Shown here: one piece after another, positions 40,268 to 54,381 of the stretch
Layout of the letters: the number at the start of each line of letters is the position of its first letter
How positions within the stretch are numbered: the first letter of the stretch is position 1
Assembly: GCA_012295275.1 (NCBI GenBank)
Contig: CM022670.1
Span: forward strand, 28,458,001-28,522,000
Reading direction: 5' to 3'
Length of the DNA stretch: 64,000 nucleotides
DNA from: Chrysomallon squamiferum
Taxonomy: Eukaryota > Animalia > Mollusca
Program-made: the position numbers and the translations under genes
Notes under the pieces: model-generated
What the model saw: the letters and a program-made list of their open reading frames with translations, nothing else
Database searches by the model: none
What the model was told of the DNA's origin: nothing

Positions 40268-42082
40268 TTAAATTGATAATATTTCTGCAAAGAATTTACC
40301 CCAAAACAGTTAAAAGCTTGATTTCCAAGTAAACCTTTATTTTTCTTCTTCATTTTTTTAAAATATTTAAAATAAGGAATAAAATGTTCTTTCTGCTAAG
40401 AGCTAAGCTGAACATGTGAGTGTTATTACATATGGTTTTGTCAGAAAGGAAATGACAGGCTGGGATAAGAAAACAAATCTGTGGTGAAACTTCACCCACA
40501 CAACAAGTGGTTACTTCACCACCAGTGAGAGGAGAGCCTCTGGTGGGATTAGAAAATATAAAAAATCTTTCAAGAGAAAGCAATTCAGAAATGTCAGTCA
40601 CTTAAATCAGATTCTGTGATTCATTAAAGCATACATTTCATTTGTTCATTTACACTGACACATACATACATACATTATATATAATGAAATAAGTTATTTG
40701 AAATTTTGATAAAATGTGTTGAGAATGCTGAGATTTCACTATTTTAATAACAAACAGTAATTAGCTTTTAATTATAAAATAAAATAGTTTCATAAAGTAA
40801 ATCCACAATGTAAAAGGTATGTACATGAATAAACATGATGTGTCTAAATGTCTAAATGTAATATAATATATAAAATATAACAAATGTAACATAAAGAAGT
40901 AAAATTTTAAAAAAGAAGAAAAAAGAACTAAATTAAAAATAATAAAATCAAAACATAATTAAAATTTAATATTCTAGCTGTATCAAATTGTTTGTTAAGC
41001 TGATCTATGATTATAATACAATCAAATATTCTGATTGTATATCAGATTCTAATATGTTCATCTGTGAACAGTCAAAGTTTTAAACTTCCTGATAGGACAG
41101 GAGTGACTATTAGAAAATTGTTCTTTAACACATTTGTTACTTAGCACTCCTTGGCACACTCACAGAGCTGGTGAAAATAAGAGCAGTTTTGTTTTCCATT
41201 TCAAGTGAATGACTGCACATGGTATGATCAGCATTAGCAGGAAGTATTATAACACCCACATTAATACAGTTTCAGTATTCTACAGAATCAGTGTTGAGTA
41301 ATGCATGTCCAATGCTTGAAACTTTGAGTAATGCAGACTGAAACAATGACTCACTGTCTCTTGAGGAAAATTACACACATTAGGGAAATTATTATTTTCT
41401 TGAAGAAATTTATTAAATCAAAGTTTTATTATTATTATTATTATTTAAAATAGAATAAATAATGAATGAAAGCGTAGTATTTTAAACAGTTTCCTGCACT
41501 GTGGTAAATGACTGGGAACCTGATGTGATTACTCTGTGTTAAACATTTCAGCATTCTTCCACTCACATGAAAGCATTTACCAGTGTTTGATAAACCAATC
41601 ACTGAACTGGCCATGCCAGAACCACAGGCAGGAATGGGAAAAAAGAAAAATGGACACAGTGACAAGAATTAACCAACAATAATTCATTGATCATTGCCAA
41701 TGTTTTAAACACTTGGCTATAACTCACTCTCACTATCAGTGTAATTATTAGTCATTTTATTAGAAACAAAACAACTACTGACTGAGTACACAGACAAATT
41801 ACTTTACAATAACAGTAACAATAACAATAATAACAACAATAATAACAATAATAAAAAAATACCATTTAATGAATATAATACATAGAATTTCTAAAATACA
41901 TGCACAAACACACACCTAAATACACACACACACCTACACATACACACAAATAAAAAATGAATTCCAATTACCTACATTTCTCCAATCAAATTTATCAAAT
42001 CTGTTTACCATTTTCAGTAAAAGTTGAAAGATTACTGCAACCACTCAAAATACAGTACTTAATGTCAGTAAACATTACCCAC

Positions 42083-42109
42083 CTGTGTTGTAGTCAGTAT
42101 CCACATCAT
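42083..42109 (-). CDS. Weak candidate alternative start exon (MMWILTTTQ)
   Basis: ACAATGATG...CAG|GTGGGT in phase 0, with a possible acceptor tccttacag| at 42118/42117 and a small CpG cluster at 42130-42245 upstream. Confidence 0.2.
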
Positions 42110-45100
42110 TGTTTCACCTGTAAGGAGTGACCGACCACTCCAAACAAGCTGGCCCACAGCTAAACACACATGTTGTACAAAGTCGAAATGAGCCACAGTG
42201 TGTAAGCCTCGAAATAGTGCTAAAGCAGAGTTACACGATACGCGTCTGTTTTTCTACTTACTATATGCACACAGTCAGAGATTTAACCATTCTTGATGAA
42301 GTTAACATTTCACAAATCAAAAAACAACACTCTACCTGTTGCTACAAGCTGACTGGTCCTCTGGCTACTGTAAAAGATTGGTTTTTGACTTGTTTGTGAT
42401 TTTTGAGCTGCTCTATAGTTTTGACACAGCTATATCAGCATGGTCTGTACACTTTCCACTATGATAAAAATTCTACACAGGCACTATTTTAAAAATACAC
42501 ATTTTAAAACTGCTGCTATGTCTAATTTCCATCTACTACAACTCCCCCTCTTTGCCACTATTCTACAACCATCATCCACTTTGCTCCTACACTTCAAGTT
42601 CGCGCCAAAACTGTCACAAACATGACATTCCCATCATTTCCAGCTATTAGGAACATTGTACAAGGCAAAGTGTTCAATTTCCAAACAAGTTTTTCTTTCC
42701 TTTTAAATGGCAATTTTTTTAATTTTTTTTTTTCCTCTCAAAGACCTAAGCATTTGAGTATTTTTTCTCACCAATCATTTCCTGTGTATTTTCTCATAAA
42801 AACTAATAATAAGGATACAGGGACGTTGCTGTCTGCACCAGGGTAAACCAATACTCTGTCAGATGGGTTCAATTTAAAACCACTTGCTTCCGTAATGAGT
42901 AATAAAAACTTACCAATGAAAACACCTTGGTGGCAGCCAGATCTTTGATGAGTAACGTTTCTGTTTCATCCTTACACTTATTTAACAACCAGCTTGTGCT
43001 CACTTTTCACCACTTCACCAGATCTGACAGATTGTTTTCAAGGCAAAATAAGTTTACTAAGAATATATGTAAATAAATGACAGAAATATTGCTTTCTGAA
43101 TGTGTATACTATTTTATTTTAATATTGGCTTTAGCTGTATTTTATTTCTTGTGTTAAGTATGTGTATGAGTGTATGTGTATGTATTTATGTGTTTTCTCA
43201 TATGTGTATATACATGAATAATCAGATTATATTGATAATTATAAAAAAAAATTTTTTAAAAAATACATGACATGGATATGTTATAATCCAGTAATTATGA
43301 AATTATGCGATATGCTTATTACAACAATCAAACATTTTATAATGTGAGTAAATAAATAAATAAATAAATTTTAAAAAGAAAAGTTTTAAGAGCAAATTAT
43401 ATAGTGGTGAACATTTTTGTAATAATTTAATAAGAAGAGGTAAAATAAGATAATGATGAAAAACAATACTGATGAATTGTCCATTTCCCTGCTCACAAAA
43501 CGTGTGTTTGTTGCATTATGTTTTGTGTTTTTTGTATGTGTTTTGTGTTGTTTATTTATGTTGAATGCCTGTGCATATTCTTTTTAAAGAGAGAAAACTC
43601 TTGATCAACATGCCATAAACTAATAACCATAAAAAGAACAAACAAAAAGATTAGTTAGTACATGTGAGACCAACATAGCGAGTTCTGTAATTAAAAGAAT
43701 TAGAAGCAACAAGATTTTCTTAACCACTTTCCCACAACAGCAACTTAAACTGCACATCATTACTGCAAAGTGGTCTCTGTTTCATGTCGGGTTTATTACA
43801 TGGAAATACCAACTGGTGATCATTTCTAACTACTTGTTGATGTTAGGTTTTGGCAAGGAAATGCACAACAATCCTAGGAATATTGTTTAGAAAGTTAAAC
43901 TGTCATTAAGTGCTGTGCTGGTACAAATAAGGTAGAGGAATTAGTTGTAGAAGATTTTGTAATTCATGTATTTTGTGTGTGTGTGTGATGTGTGTGTGTT
44001 AGAGACAGGAAGAAAAAGAGGGGTAAGATATTGTAAAAGTGTGTCAGTGTGAATGTGTGGGGGAGTGTAAATGTTAACTACCACTCGTGTTAGCAGATAA
44101 TAGAATCAAATTTTAAGGATATTTTAAAATTATTTTTCTTGATCACACACACATGTTTGTTACATTGATAGATATTAATTTATCTAGTGTGTGTGTACTG
44201 GAATTTACCTTTATTTTGTTAAACTGTAATTCTGATTTTAAAAACTGACACAGCTAATTTTGAATACTGTTACGTGAAACATCTGTGAAAAAATGTAAGA
44301 AAAAGAAGAAATAACAAAGAGGTATAGGTAATTAAACTGTTAAAAGAACTTGTTTAAGATCTGTCAGGTAGAACTAAGTCCAAGGTGTTTGTTAACAAAA
44401 TAAACCAGTGTGTTAATAAATATTTATAACTCTTACTCACACACTTCACTCACTTTGATGGGCTACATAAAAGTATTTTCTTTATTTCATTTAGAAGCCA
44501 TTTAATTAACTAGTCACACGTTACTTCAATATTTTTCAGCTTGTGGGTTAACAGAATTTTAACTAGTAGTAATTTAAAAAAAAATATATTTGTTATTTTT
44601 TAATTTAAAAAAAGTAGAGAAAGTATAATACAATATAACAGAACCAATCTATTAAAAAATGTGGTTCTGTATCAAAAACCCCCAACTATTAACATAATGA
44701 TGTGCTGACAGATGCCTTTTAAACATTAAAAATTTTATATTCATTTCTAAAGATGACTTAACATGATAATGGTTTTCCAAACTGATCTTTCAGTACTTTA
44801 TCACTCCTGTGGTTATATTCAAATTAACCCGGTGAAGACAAGAAACATCTTTGTGTCTTGTGTTAACTTGTTTTCCTCTGAACTAGATAATACATGAAGC
44901 ACTGAGGAAGATAATGTCACAATCCATCTAGATAATTAGGCTGTTTCAGCACCACACAACAGATAAAGTCAATCACAGCAAGTTTTATGTTGGCTAAATA
45001 ATGTCAACTTCTTAAAGGAGGTCTTCACCAATTTCATGGTAATTATGTTTTATTTTCAACGAGTTATTTTTTACCTGTGTTCATGGTTAATGCATACTAT

Positions 45101-45894
45101 CCTGGACATAAACCAAGTGTCTTATAATTTCGCTTTCTATTTATTTATGTAGATCTTGCTGCTTCTAAAGTTTTGGTCAGAGGTTACATACAGGTAATTT
45201 TTATTATTCATATAACTATCGTATTACAGGTCTATAACAATACAGATCAGAAAGGTGTGTGTGTATGTGTGCATGTATGTGTATGTACATGTGGGCGCAA
45301 ATAGCACAAATAAATAAAAATAACCATTAAATTATCTTTTATTTAGCATTTTGAAACAGAGATCTTCCTACCAGTCTTTTAAAAGATATTTCCATTTAAC
45401 TGCATATCAAGAATTTTTCTGCAAAATATAAAGGGGTTGAAAACAAAAGCAAGATAATTTAAGACAATGTTAAACAGAGCAGGGCTTTAAGGTTCATTAG
45501 AAAAGCCAACTGTTAAAGGTTTTTGATCTATCAAACACATTATTTCCTCTTCATTTGTCTGTAGTACTACCAGATACACATACTTCATTTCTTACATACA
45601 TGGAAGCGTATTATGATGGCAGAAAGAGAAAAAAATAATTTGGGCAACTGAATACGTTTAAGAGATATGTTTCAAATCCTATTAGAATAGATGATTTATG
45701 ACTTTGTAACAGAAATAAATTAATCTGGAAATCATTAAATAGGATTATAATCAATGTAACAAATAGCTAAATAATGGAATCAAGAAACAGTCCTTTAGTC
45801 TAAACTGGTTTAGTATTGAATTTCGGAATTGAAAACTTCTCATTACTTTTCCAAAATCGCAATGAGATCCAGAATGTTTTTTGTTTTGTTTTGA

Positions 45895-46275
45895 ATTGTA
45901 AACATTGTTTCTGTAATAAAACAAGAACTATTAGAAAACACAAAAAAAAAAAGTTTGTTAGAAAAGATGATTCTTGTAACAATACCAAATTTTTTGGAAA
46001 ACATGATTTCTACACAGAAAAATAATGGAATCATAAACAAACTTTTAGAAAATGTGATTTATGTAATATTAATTTTAATTTCAGAATTGAAAATGCATGT
46101 ATTTTTCTTTATCAAACATGGATCCTATGACAGAATCACTGTTAGAAAACATGGTTCCTGTAATAGAAAGTATCTATCAGAAACCATGGTTCATACAACA
46201 GAAATGAATTTACTGCAAGTGGAACCAAGAACCAGGAGATCAAAAACCATGGTTTCTTTTACAGAACCAAACAGT
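45895..46275. repeat. Highly degenerate ~35-40-bp minisatellite (approximately TTAGAAAACATGGTT.CTGTAACAGAA)
   Basis: AAACATG(G/A)TT-like cores at about 45900, 45962, 45998, 46113, 46147, 46181 and 46243. Confidence 0.65.
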
Positions 46276-47039
46276 GAAGAGAGAAGAAAGTTGAGTACGA
46301 AGTTACAGAAATTAACATTTGTTTTGGTTTATTTTGGTGAGAAATGTTTCTAACAGCTGCAAGTTTGGAGGGACTGGAAAATTCCTCAGGTTGTTTGGCA
46401 TACTGTTTGTTTTTTGAGTGTGATGTAAAAATGGGATATGCATGGAAGCTGGCTGAATTAGGATTCCATTTCACCCTTTTCATTTACAAACATATTTTTA
46501 AAATGTATGCATGTATGCATTTCTGTGTATGTGTGTTTGTGTGTAAGTGTATGTTTTTATGTGTATGAATGCTTATGTGTGTGTCTGTATGAATGCAAGC
46601 ATATGTGATCTGAGTGCTTAGCATGTTCATGTTTGGATATCTATGAATGTCTGTGCATGTAAGAATAATAATATAGATTGTGTCTAACAGTAACATTTTT
46701 AAGTCATCTTTGTTAGAGAACGATAAGAATAATGAAAAAGTAAGTAAAAAAATAAGAAAATACAGAAAGAAAAATGCAACAATGATAAACTAAATAAAAA
46801 AGATTTTAAAAGGATAAAAGAAAAGTAAAAAATAACAGCAAGAAAGATACAGCAATGTAAAGAAGAGAAAGAATGAGAGAAAAAGTAAGTTAGGCAGATT
46901 AAAAGCAGTGAGCACACAACTGATTAAGTGATCTGTTTTACAAGTAAACTTGAATCAAAACAACGGCCGCAGGCCACGTTGTTTCTGTCACAGTGAAAAT
47001 ATTTACTTGTTTATGCTTGGCTGGTATCACTAGAAAACA

Positions 47040-47525
47040 GCCACGGAAATCTTACAGTAAATCTGTGAAAACAAAAAAGACAGGCAGGCATAAAGATTTG
47101 TACAGCCGGTCAACATGAATATCCATGCAGCTCATCTGTGGAAAACAGAACAGACTATGCAGGTGTTCAGTTATGCAATGTTAATATATGGATGCATATT
47201 TACAGCCAGGCTATATACATCTTATTTTTCTACATAACATCTTTGCAAAATAAAATTATGCAGTTTCAATAAACAGATGCATTTTAATATTCAGTCTATA
47301 TGAAATATGTCTTTGAAAAAACAAAAAACAAACTAATGAAACAGGTAGTTTATAGGAATGGTGTGGTCTGCGAAGTTAATGTCCAGATGCATAAGATTTT
47401 TGTAAGAGATCTATATTTTTCCACAGAAAATCTTTGGAAAATAACAGATTAAAGGGATCGTGGGTTATGCAGTGTTAATACACAGATGCATTATTTTTAA
47501 CAACCTGCCCAAGTACGTCTATATA
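47040..47525. repeat. Old ~100-bp tandem repeat with a palindromic core TTATGCAGTGTTAATACACAGATGCAT
   Basis: Core variants at 47171, 47256, 47367 and 47465. The intervening segments share TCT.TATTTTTC.ACA.AA.ATCTTTG.AAAATAA. Confidence 0.7.
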
Positions 47526-49139
47526 ACGTATATATGTGGGGAAGGAAAAAGGGTAGAAGGGTTTGGAATTAAATGTATTTTAGATCTGAGAATTTTTAGA
47601 AGCAGGAAAAGCCAATAAAGATGCTGCAGTAATGAAAGAGACATAAAAATGAAATATTTTTTGAAGTCCTCTGTTGTAAAGATCATAGATATTTGTTGCA
47701 CATGTTTGAAAATTAAAACAATTAGCAAGTGGAATGATCAAATCCGAAACACAGAACAATGAAAAAGAACATGCACCAAGGTATGAATTTTCATCTTTGA
47801 TGAAGAGTATTCTGCACTCTACTGTAAGACAAAAATGAAAGGTGATGACAGGTACTGTTACTGATCAGTTACCTGTTAACAAATGTTGTCTGTACATCAG
47901 GTAGAAATGTGTACCTCTAATGAGGCATCGTTTAGTGCTCAATTCAACGGTAAACTTCAAAGACAGAGGAAGATGTTAAAGACATACCAGAGACAGAAGA
48001 ATGCTGCAGAAATATAAAAAAATTGGTGAATTATTACACAATTACAGTGTGTGAATGAGAAATGAATATTTTGTCAAGCGTGAATGTAATTTATTTTGAG
48101 AAACAACAAAGGTTTTAAAAAATAGAAATGTGCTGTGGGTTAAGTGTACTGTTGTTAATTAAAAATAAAATAGTTTAATATTTCAAAAATAATGTAATTT
48201 ATTAGAACAGGATTTAAAAATGTATTATAAAAACAGCAACAATGTTTTACACACATAGTTTAAGATTTGACCTCTGGATAATTTTTAGTTACAAAAACTA
48301 AAACATAGGGAATTTCCCTTTCCAAACACTGTTCCATAACCAGTTTATAAATCACTGATACATTTGTTTTGATATTCCTAGATCAGCAAGATTTCAATAA
48401 AATGAATTGTTATCATGCATTTTTTGTTGAACTGATCCACATAAAGATTAGAGGAACAATAATTTGATAATGTCTGTTGTTAATGTATATTGTTGGCTAA
48501 CAGATGTCACATGGCACATTTTATGTAACTATGAACTGTCTAACAAACAGGTCTTTTCAACAGCAACCAACACACCATTTATAATACAAATCCAGTATGT
48601 TTCATTATTAATGTCATTTTAATCAGTTTGCACAACCCAATCAAAACTGCTGAGTAAATGAAAAATACAACCATGAACAAAACAACAAAATCAATAAAAT
48701 ACTCCTGCATATATACATGAAATACAAGCCATAGCTTTTTAACTATTTGTACATTTTTTCCTTTTCTTTCTTTCATGGTTGAATGATGATACAAGGAAAA
48801 TATGTCAAAAAAAAAAAAAAATGTGACTGGAGTATCAAGTCATGTGAATCCAGAGATGCAAATCAGGAGCTGACACTCAAATATCATGCTGATGTTTACA
48901 ATTAGAGTAAAGAATATCTGTATTATAAAGAAGAAAAAAAAAAGACTCACCTTCTCAGATAGATTAGAACTTAAAGAAGATAAAAGATTAACATCAAGCA
49001 GTGACAGAAATTAGGATTCACATGCCAAGCTAAATCCTTCCATTCAGTGACTCCACTAAGACTTGGGATTTAAAATAATATTTACAGTGATTGATGCAGC
49101 TGTGTATCAAACACACAAATATCTCTTTCACTTGAACAG

Positions 49140-49290
49140 TCCATCAACAACCTCTGTGTTCGGAAAATTCATTAATAATGTCTTGGGACAATTCATCAAT
49201 AACATCTCCAACAACATCAATAACATCTGAGACACTTCATCAATATTATCTCAGATATTAATCAATAACTGACCAAGACAATAACCAATT
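49140..49290. repeat. Degenerate CATCAATAACATCT(GAGACA) repeats
   Basis: Five or six variants of (T)CATCAATAACATCT. Confidence 0.6.
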
Positions 49291-50992
49291 AACACTGCTG
49301 GTCAGTTGTCCTCTCTCCTGTATATACTGGATAGAAATGACCGTGACACCTGATGACAATCAAGGAGAGGTTGTGATGGTAGGATCATTTTACAGGTAGA
49401 AATCTGAATAGGAGGTAACGGAAAATGACATGACAGAGCAGTAGGTACTGAAATGGAATATTGTAATGTAATATGTGAGCAGATGTCCATTTCATTTGTG
49501 TGCACAGCTGATTTACAATTAATGGAATTTGTTAAAGCCATCTGCTGAGAACATTTCATTTTCAAGACAAGAGACAATGGATATTTCTTTAATGGTATTA
49601 TCAACTTTTTTAATATTAATCATTATCATATGATGCTACAGATGTGCTCTAAATACATCATCCTTAAATCCTCATTTATTCGAATTGATCAAGGAATGTT
49701 TTAGATCCCAACAAACCATAAATTTTGATAATATTGTTCTAGGCCCAACTGTGTGAGATAAAAAAAAATATATATATATATATTTTTTTTAAACTGCAGT
49801 TTTATTATTCCATCTTCAATCTGGTTATATTTAATTTTAAGCAAATAAGAAAAAAAAATAACTGGGTCATGGTAATATTAATTAATCTCAATACCTAGCA
49901 GCTAACTTCATAATTCATCTCTGTATAACTAATTTATTATTAATAACAATGATATAATGAAAATATGAATACCCTGACCAACCATTTCATATTAGCTCTG
50001 AGTCTTACCAATATTTATTAACAAAAAACAACAACAATAGATACAAAAAATAAAAACAAAAATAAAAAATAACAGCAACTGGTTCCTGTCAGTTATCTAT
50101 TTATCATTCTGATTATTACCGAGTGACAGAAACCATTATTTATCAATGTACCCATCAGATAACCACTGTATATATCATACAGATTAGTGCATGCCGTCAG
50201 ATTACTGCATAGCAAACAGTAGGAGTTTTCCAGTCATACAATAAGTACGCTGTATTCAACATTAGTTGTTTGACACCCAGCAGCTCCAGTGCTGGTGAAA
50301 TATTTATTCTTTCATTGCATATTAATATCTTATTTTGCCTTGCTCAACAATAAACTAGTAGGTGTAGCTATCAATATTATTTGGAATTTCAAAATTAGAA
50401 ACACATATGTAAACTTATTGACCCACTAACTCATTTGCAGACAAACACACACACACACACACAAATACACAAACACAAGTACACACACAGACAAATACAC
50501 AAACACAAACACAAGGACACACACACAGACACATGCATACAGACCCTTAAAAACACTCACACATGCATCTAAGTGAAAGAAAGAAAGTAATATGTCTTCA
50601 TTTAATTTTTCAGTAAACTTCAAAGATACAAATATCACCATAATTCCAATATACAAGTTACACATTTTTATTTTCACCATAAAAAATATAACAATAAAAA
50701 AAATACCAAAAAAACCTGAGATGATCAAGAAAGAATATTCAAAAGTTATGTGAGAAATTTCATCTCACACAAAAGGAATCACATGGGAGTCACCCAGTAG
50801 TTTACAATGTAAACCTACGTCTGTGCTGATACAGACAGAGATATAAAGCAACCTTCATGGTTGAGTCGACTCTGTGTGTATCACAGGTAGAAATCAGATC
50901 TGCATGACTTACAGAGAACAGTAGGAAGATATACCAGGAATTTCAAACACTACCAACAGCAGACACCATTGTAAAAACACGTATATTTTTAT

Positions 50993-51540
50993 AGCATTTA
51001 TACTTATATGTAACCACATAGGTACTAGGTATTTTACTATCACACCCGTTTATACTTGTATATAGCCAGATTGGTACTATATGGATATGTTACAAAAAAA
51101 TTCAACTCTAAGATACTCTGGATAGAGTCTTAAGAAACAAACAAAAAAAGACCAATTTTTTTTAAATATCTTGAAAATTGAAGAAGTTATGACAATTTCA
51201 GACACTGGAAAATGTACCAATTTTTTCCTATTGTTTTATTATGTCAACTGGCCAAATACTGTGAATTAGAGCAAAAAAAAAAGACAAAAATGCCTATATC
51301 TCCTTAAAAATGTATAAAAGAAAAGTGTAAACAATTTTTTATTTAGATGAAGCCAAAAAAAACCTCAACAGAAACTGAAAAATAGCTGAGAACAGAATTA
51401 TGGTATAAGCAAAAGCATTTATGTAGTTTATAAATAAGGTAAACAATATATTTTAATATCACACCTATTTCATATTTATGTATAGCCACACTGGTACTAT
51501 ATATTGTAATATCACATCCATTTTATACTTGTATACAAAT
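50993..51540. repeat. ~52-bp repeat in two short arrays (50993-51085 and 51445-51540)
   Basis: Variants of TATCACACC..TTTATACTTGTATATAGCCA.A.TGGTACTATAT occur in both arrays. Confidence 0.7.
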
Positions 51541-51732
51541 CATACATATTTTGATATTGTGCATACATAGACATACATATGATCATATCTTTATGTTTTG
51601 TTGTGTAACATCCAAACTAGTATGGTGCACTGCTGTGCAAACATTTAACAGAACCAAATGGCAGAGTGGTACATATTTGTATTCTCCTTTTCTCACAAAT
51701 TAGTTTATTTATTTTAATTCACATGTTTGCTG

Positions 51733-51763
<31 letters not shown>

Positions 51764-52169
51764 TCATCATTAATTCAATGATTCACTTGTTTCTCAACTG
51801 AAATTAACTCTCATACATATTAATCTAAATACAAATACAAAACAATAAAAATAAAATTAATGGAATGAGTATATTCTTATATCCATCTCACACCATAACC
51901 ATTTCATCCTCACTCTGTCACCTTCAACAATCCAACTTCATCCACACCACTACAACCACAACCACTCCTTAACACCTTCATCTACAAACAAGAACCATTA
52001 CAAACACAGATCCCAAAACAAACTGACTGAAAACAATAATAAAAACATAATACACATTCTTTTGTTATTTCAGGTACAGTTTTTACTAAATTCACAATAC
52101 CAAGGTAATAAAAGAAAATTTAAAAAAAGAGACAGCGAAAGAGAGGGACAGAGATAAAGAGAGTGCTGT

Positions 52170-52395
52170 CTACCTTTACCAATACCTAGATAGTTAAAAA
52201 AATAAATAGTGTAGTATGTGGTACTAAATTTACTAATATCTGGATAGTAAAAAAAATAAACAGTGTACTAACTTTACCAATACCTAGAAGGTAAACCAAT
52301 AAATAGTGTAGTGTGCTGCTGTACTAATATCTAGGAAGTGAAAAAAGAACATACAGTGAAGTATATCACGCTAATTTTATCTAGCTAGTAAAACA
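52170..52395. repeat. Degenerate ~45-55-bp tandem repeat, 4-5 copies
   Basis: TTTAC(C/T)AATA(C/T)CT(A/G)GA.AGT.AAA..AATAAA(T/C)AGTGTA recurs. Confidence 0.75.
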
Positions 52396-52440
52396 ACAAA
52401 CTGAACAATTTTCTGCAGTAACTTCAGTAATATACAGGTC

Positions 52441-52471
<31 letters not shown>

Positions 52472-54350
52472 GTATGTATGTATGAAACTTAGAGCAGTGT
52501 AAAAGGTCAGTATTCACACAGACCCAGAAAAACAATCATCTTATTTCTAACAACAGTCCCATTGTGCCTGGAAAGTGATCCCCTGATGAAAATACATAAG
52601 AATGCTCAGGTAGAAAAACACACCTTTGAATAAAAACAAACATGATTTGTAAAAAATGTGAAACCTTACCTCAGGGTGTTTACTGGCTTCAACAATAACG
52701 AAAGAAAACCTGAGATACTCTTTTGGCTAAAACGTTTTCTCTTTTGTTTTGTTTCTTTTCACAAGATTTTTTTTTTTATAAAAAAAGCCTGTAATAGTTT
52801 GTAAAAAAAAATATAATAATGTATGTGTGTACCTTCACAACAAAATGCATGTACAGGTTAAAAAATACAAGATTATTTTTGGGTGGGTTGTTTTTAAGAA
52901 TTAAAAGAATTATACTGAAATATGGTTTTAAAAAATAAAAATGAACAATGATATTTCGCCCTGTTCTAATATTAACATTCTGCCATGTTTTGGGATATTT
53001 AAAAAAAAATTAAATCTGGGAAACAATATGCAGTTATGTATATAATTTTTTTTATTATTCTTTAAGAAAAAAAAGAAAAAAGAAAATGTTTACTATAAAG
53101 TATAAATTAAAAGAGAATAAAAGGTTTTTCAATCTTTTGAAATACAAAATCTTAAGTTTTGTAATATGATAGCTTTTAATGTGTATTTTATCTTTTAAGA
53201 AGAAAAGACTGGCATTGAATATAAAGTGAAATTCTAATAACTGACACACACACACACACACTATTATTATTATCTGGAAAAGCATGATTTGTAAAATAGA
53301 AAATATTTACTTTCAAGTATAAATTTATAAAGTACTTGAATGTCATCTTAATAATTTTTAATATTAATTACTATTCTTTTTCCTGGAAAAACATTAATTA
53401 TAACTTATTTTTAACCTGGAAACTTAGTGTTCAAAATATGTTTTATTTCTTCAGATAAAAAAAGATTCACCTTGAAGTATAAACAACAATGACTGACATT
53501 TCAATAAATATTAATATTAGGTGTTGAAAACAGCATTCTGTTTACTGTCATAATTAGATGCTATCTGGGAAAGTGAATTTATTAAATGTACAATAGACTT
53601 AGACAAGCCCTTCAGGCAACACTTCCAACTGTTCAACCATCCATATTTAATTAGAATCTACGTCAAAAATACAGTTATTCAGAATTAAAGAAGCTGTTAT
53701 ATAAACTTAGATTTAGAATAAAAAATTTGCTGCATTCATGGAAATGTTCTTATTTTGACATCAGCAAAAAGAAATATTTTATATGCACCCTCCCATAAAA
53801 GGACAGTCATGCATTCTGATATATCAGTCATGGAGCAGTTATTGGAATAGAAAATAATACTAAATGTGTATTCCATAACATATTTACCAAACTGGATCTG
53901 CTCTAAGATGTTTTAAAATAACCTTTTTCCTCTTTAGAGCAAAAAGTATTAAGCAGAAGAATGTCAAAAGAAGGGACAAAAAAAAAAAAAAAAATAACAA
54001 AAATATACAGAAAAACATATTAGTTTAGTTTCACCTTCATTTGGTCATCAGTCTAAAAAGAGTATTACTTCCTATGTCAACCCCCTAATGTTTCTTCCTT
54101 TTTCCTATCTTTAATCAATTAAATATTTAAAAATTTAATTACTAAAGATTAAGGCTATGTAATATCTTTTAAAACAATAAATAATAATATTATTTTCCAA
54201 CTAAAAACCAATACTGGTATGTATTTACATTTATAAATAAACAGAAAACATCCATTCCTATTTCAGTATTTCAGAATTTAAAAAAATTCTCTCAATACCA
54301 TATTTATAATAATAATAATAAAAATTATTCTATATTCTTATCTATATAAA

Positions 54351-54381
<31 letters not shown>

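Noticed and set aside
45800-46568. Cluster of overlapping ORFs up to 132 aa
   Set aside because: It coincides with a degenerate minisatellite and has no protein-like features.
47160-47495. CRISPR-like palindromic repeats with spacers
   Set aside because: The repeats are degenerate and the intervening segments resemble each other, so this is an old tandem repeat.
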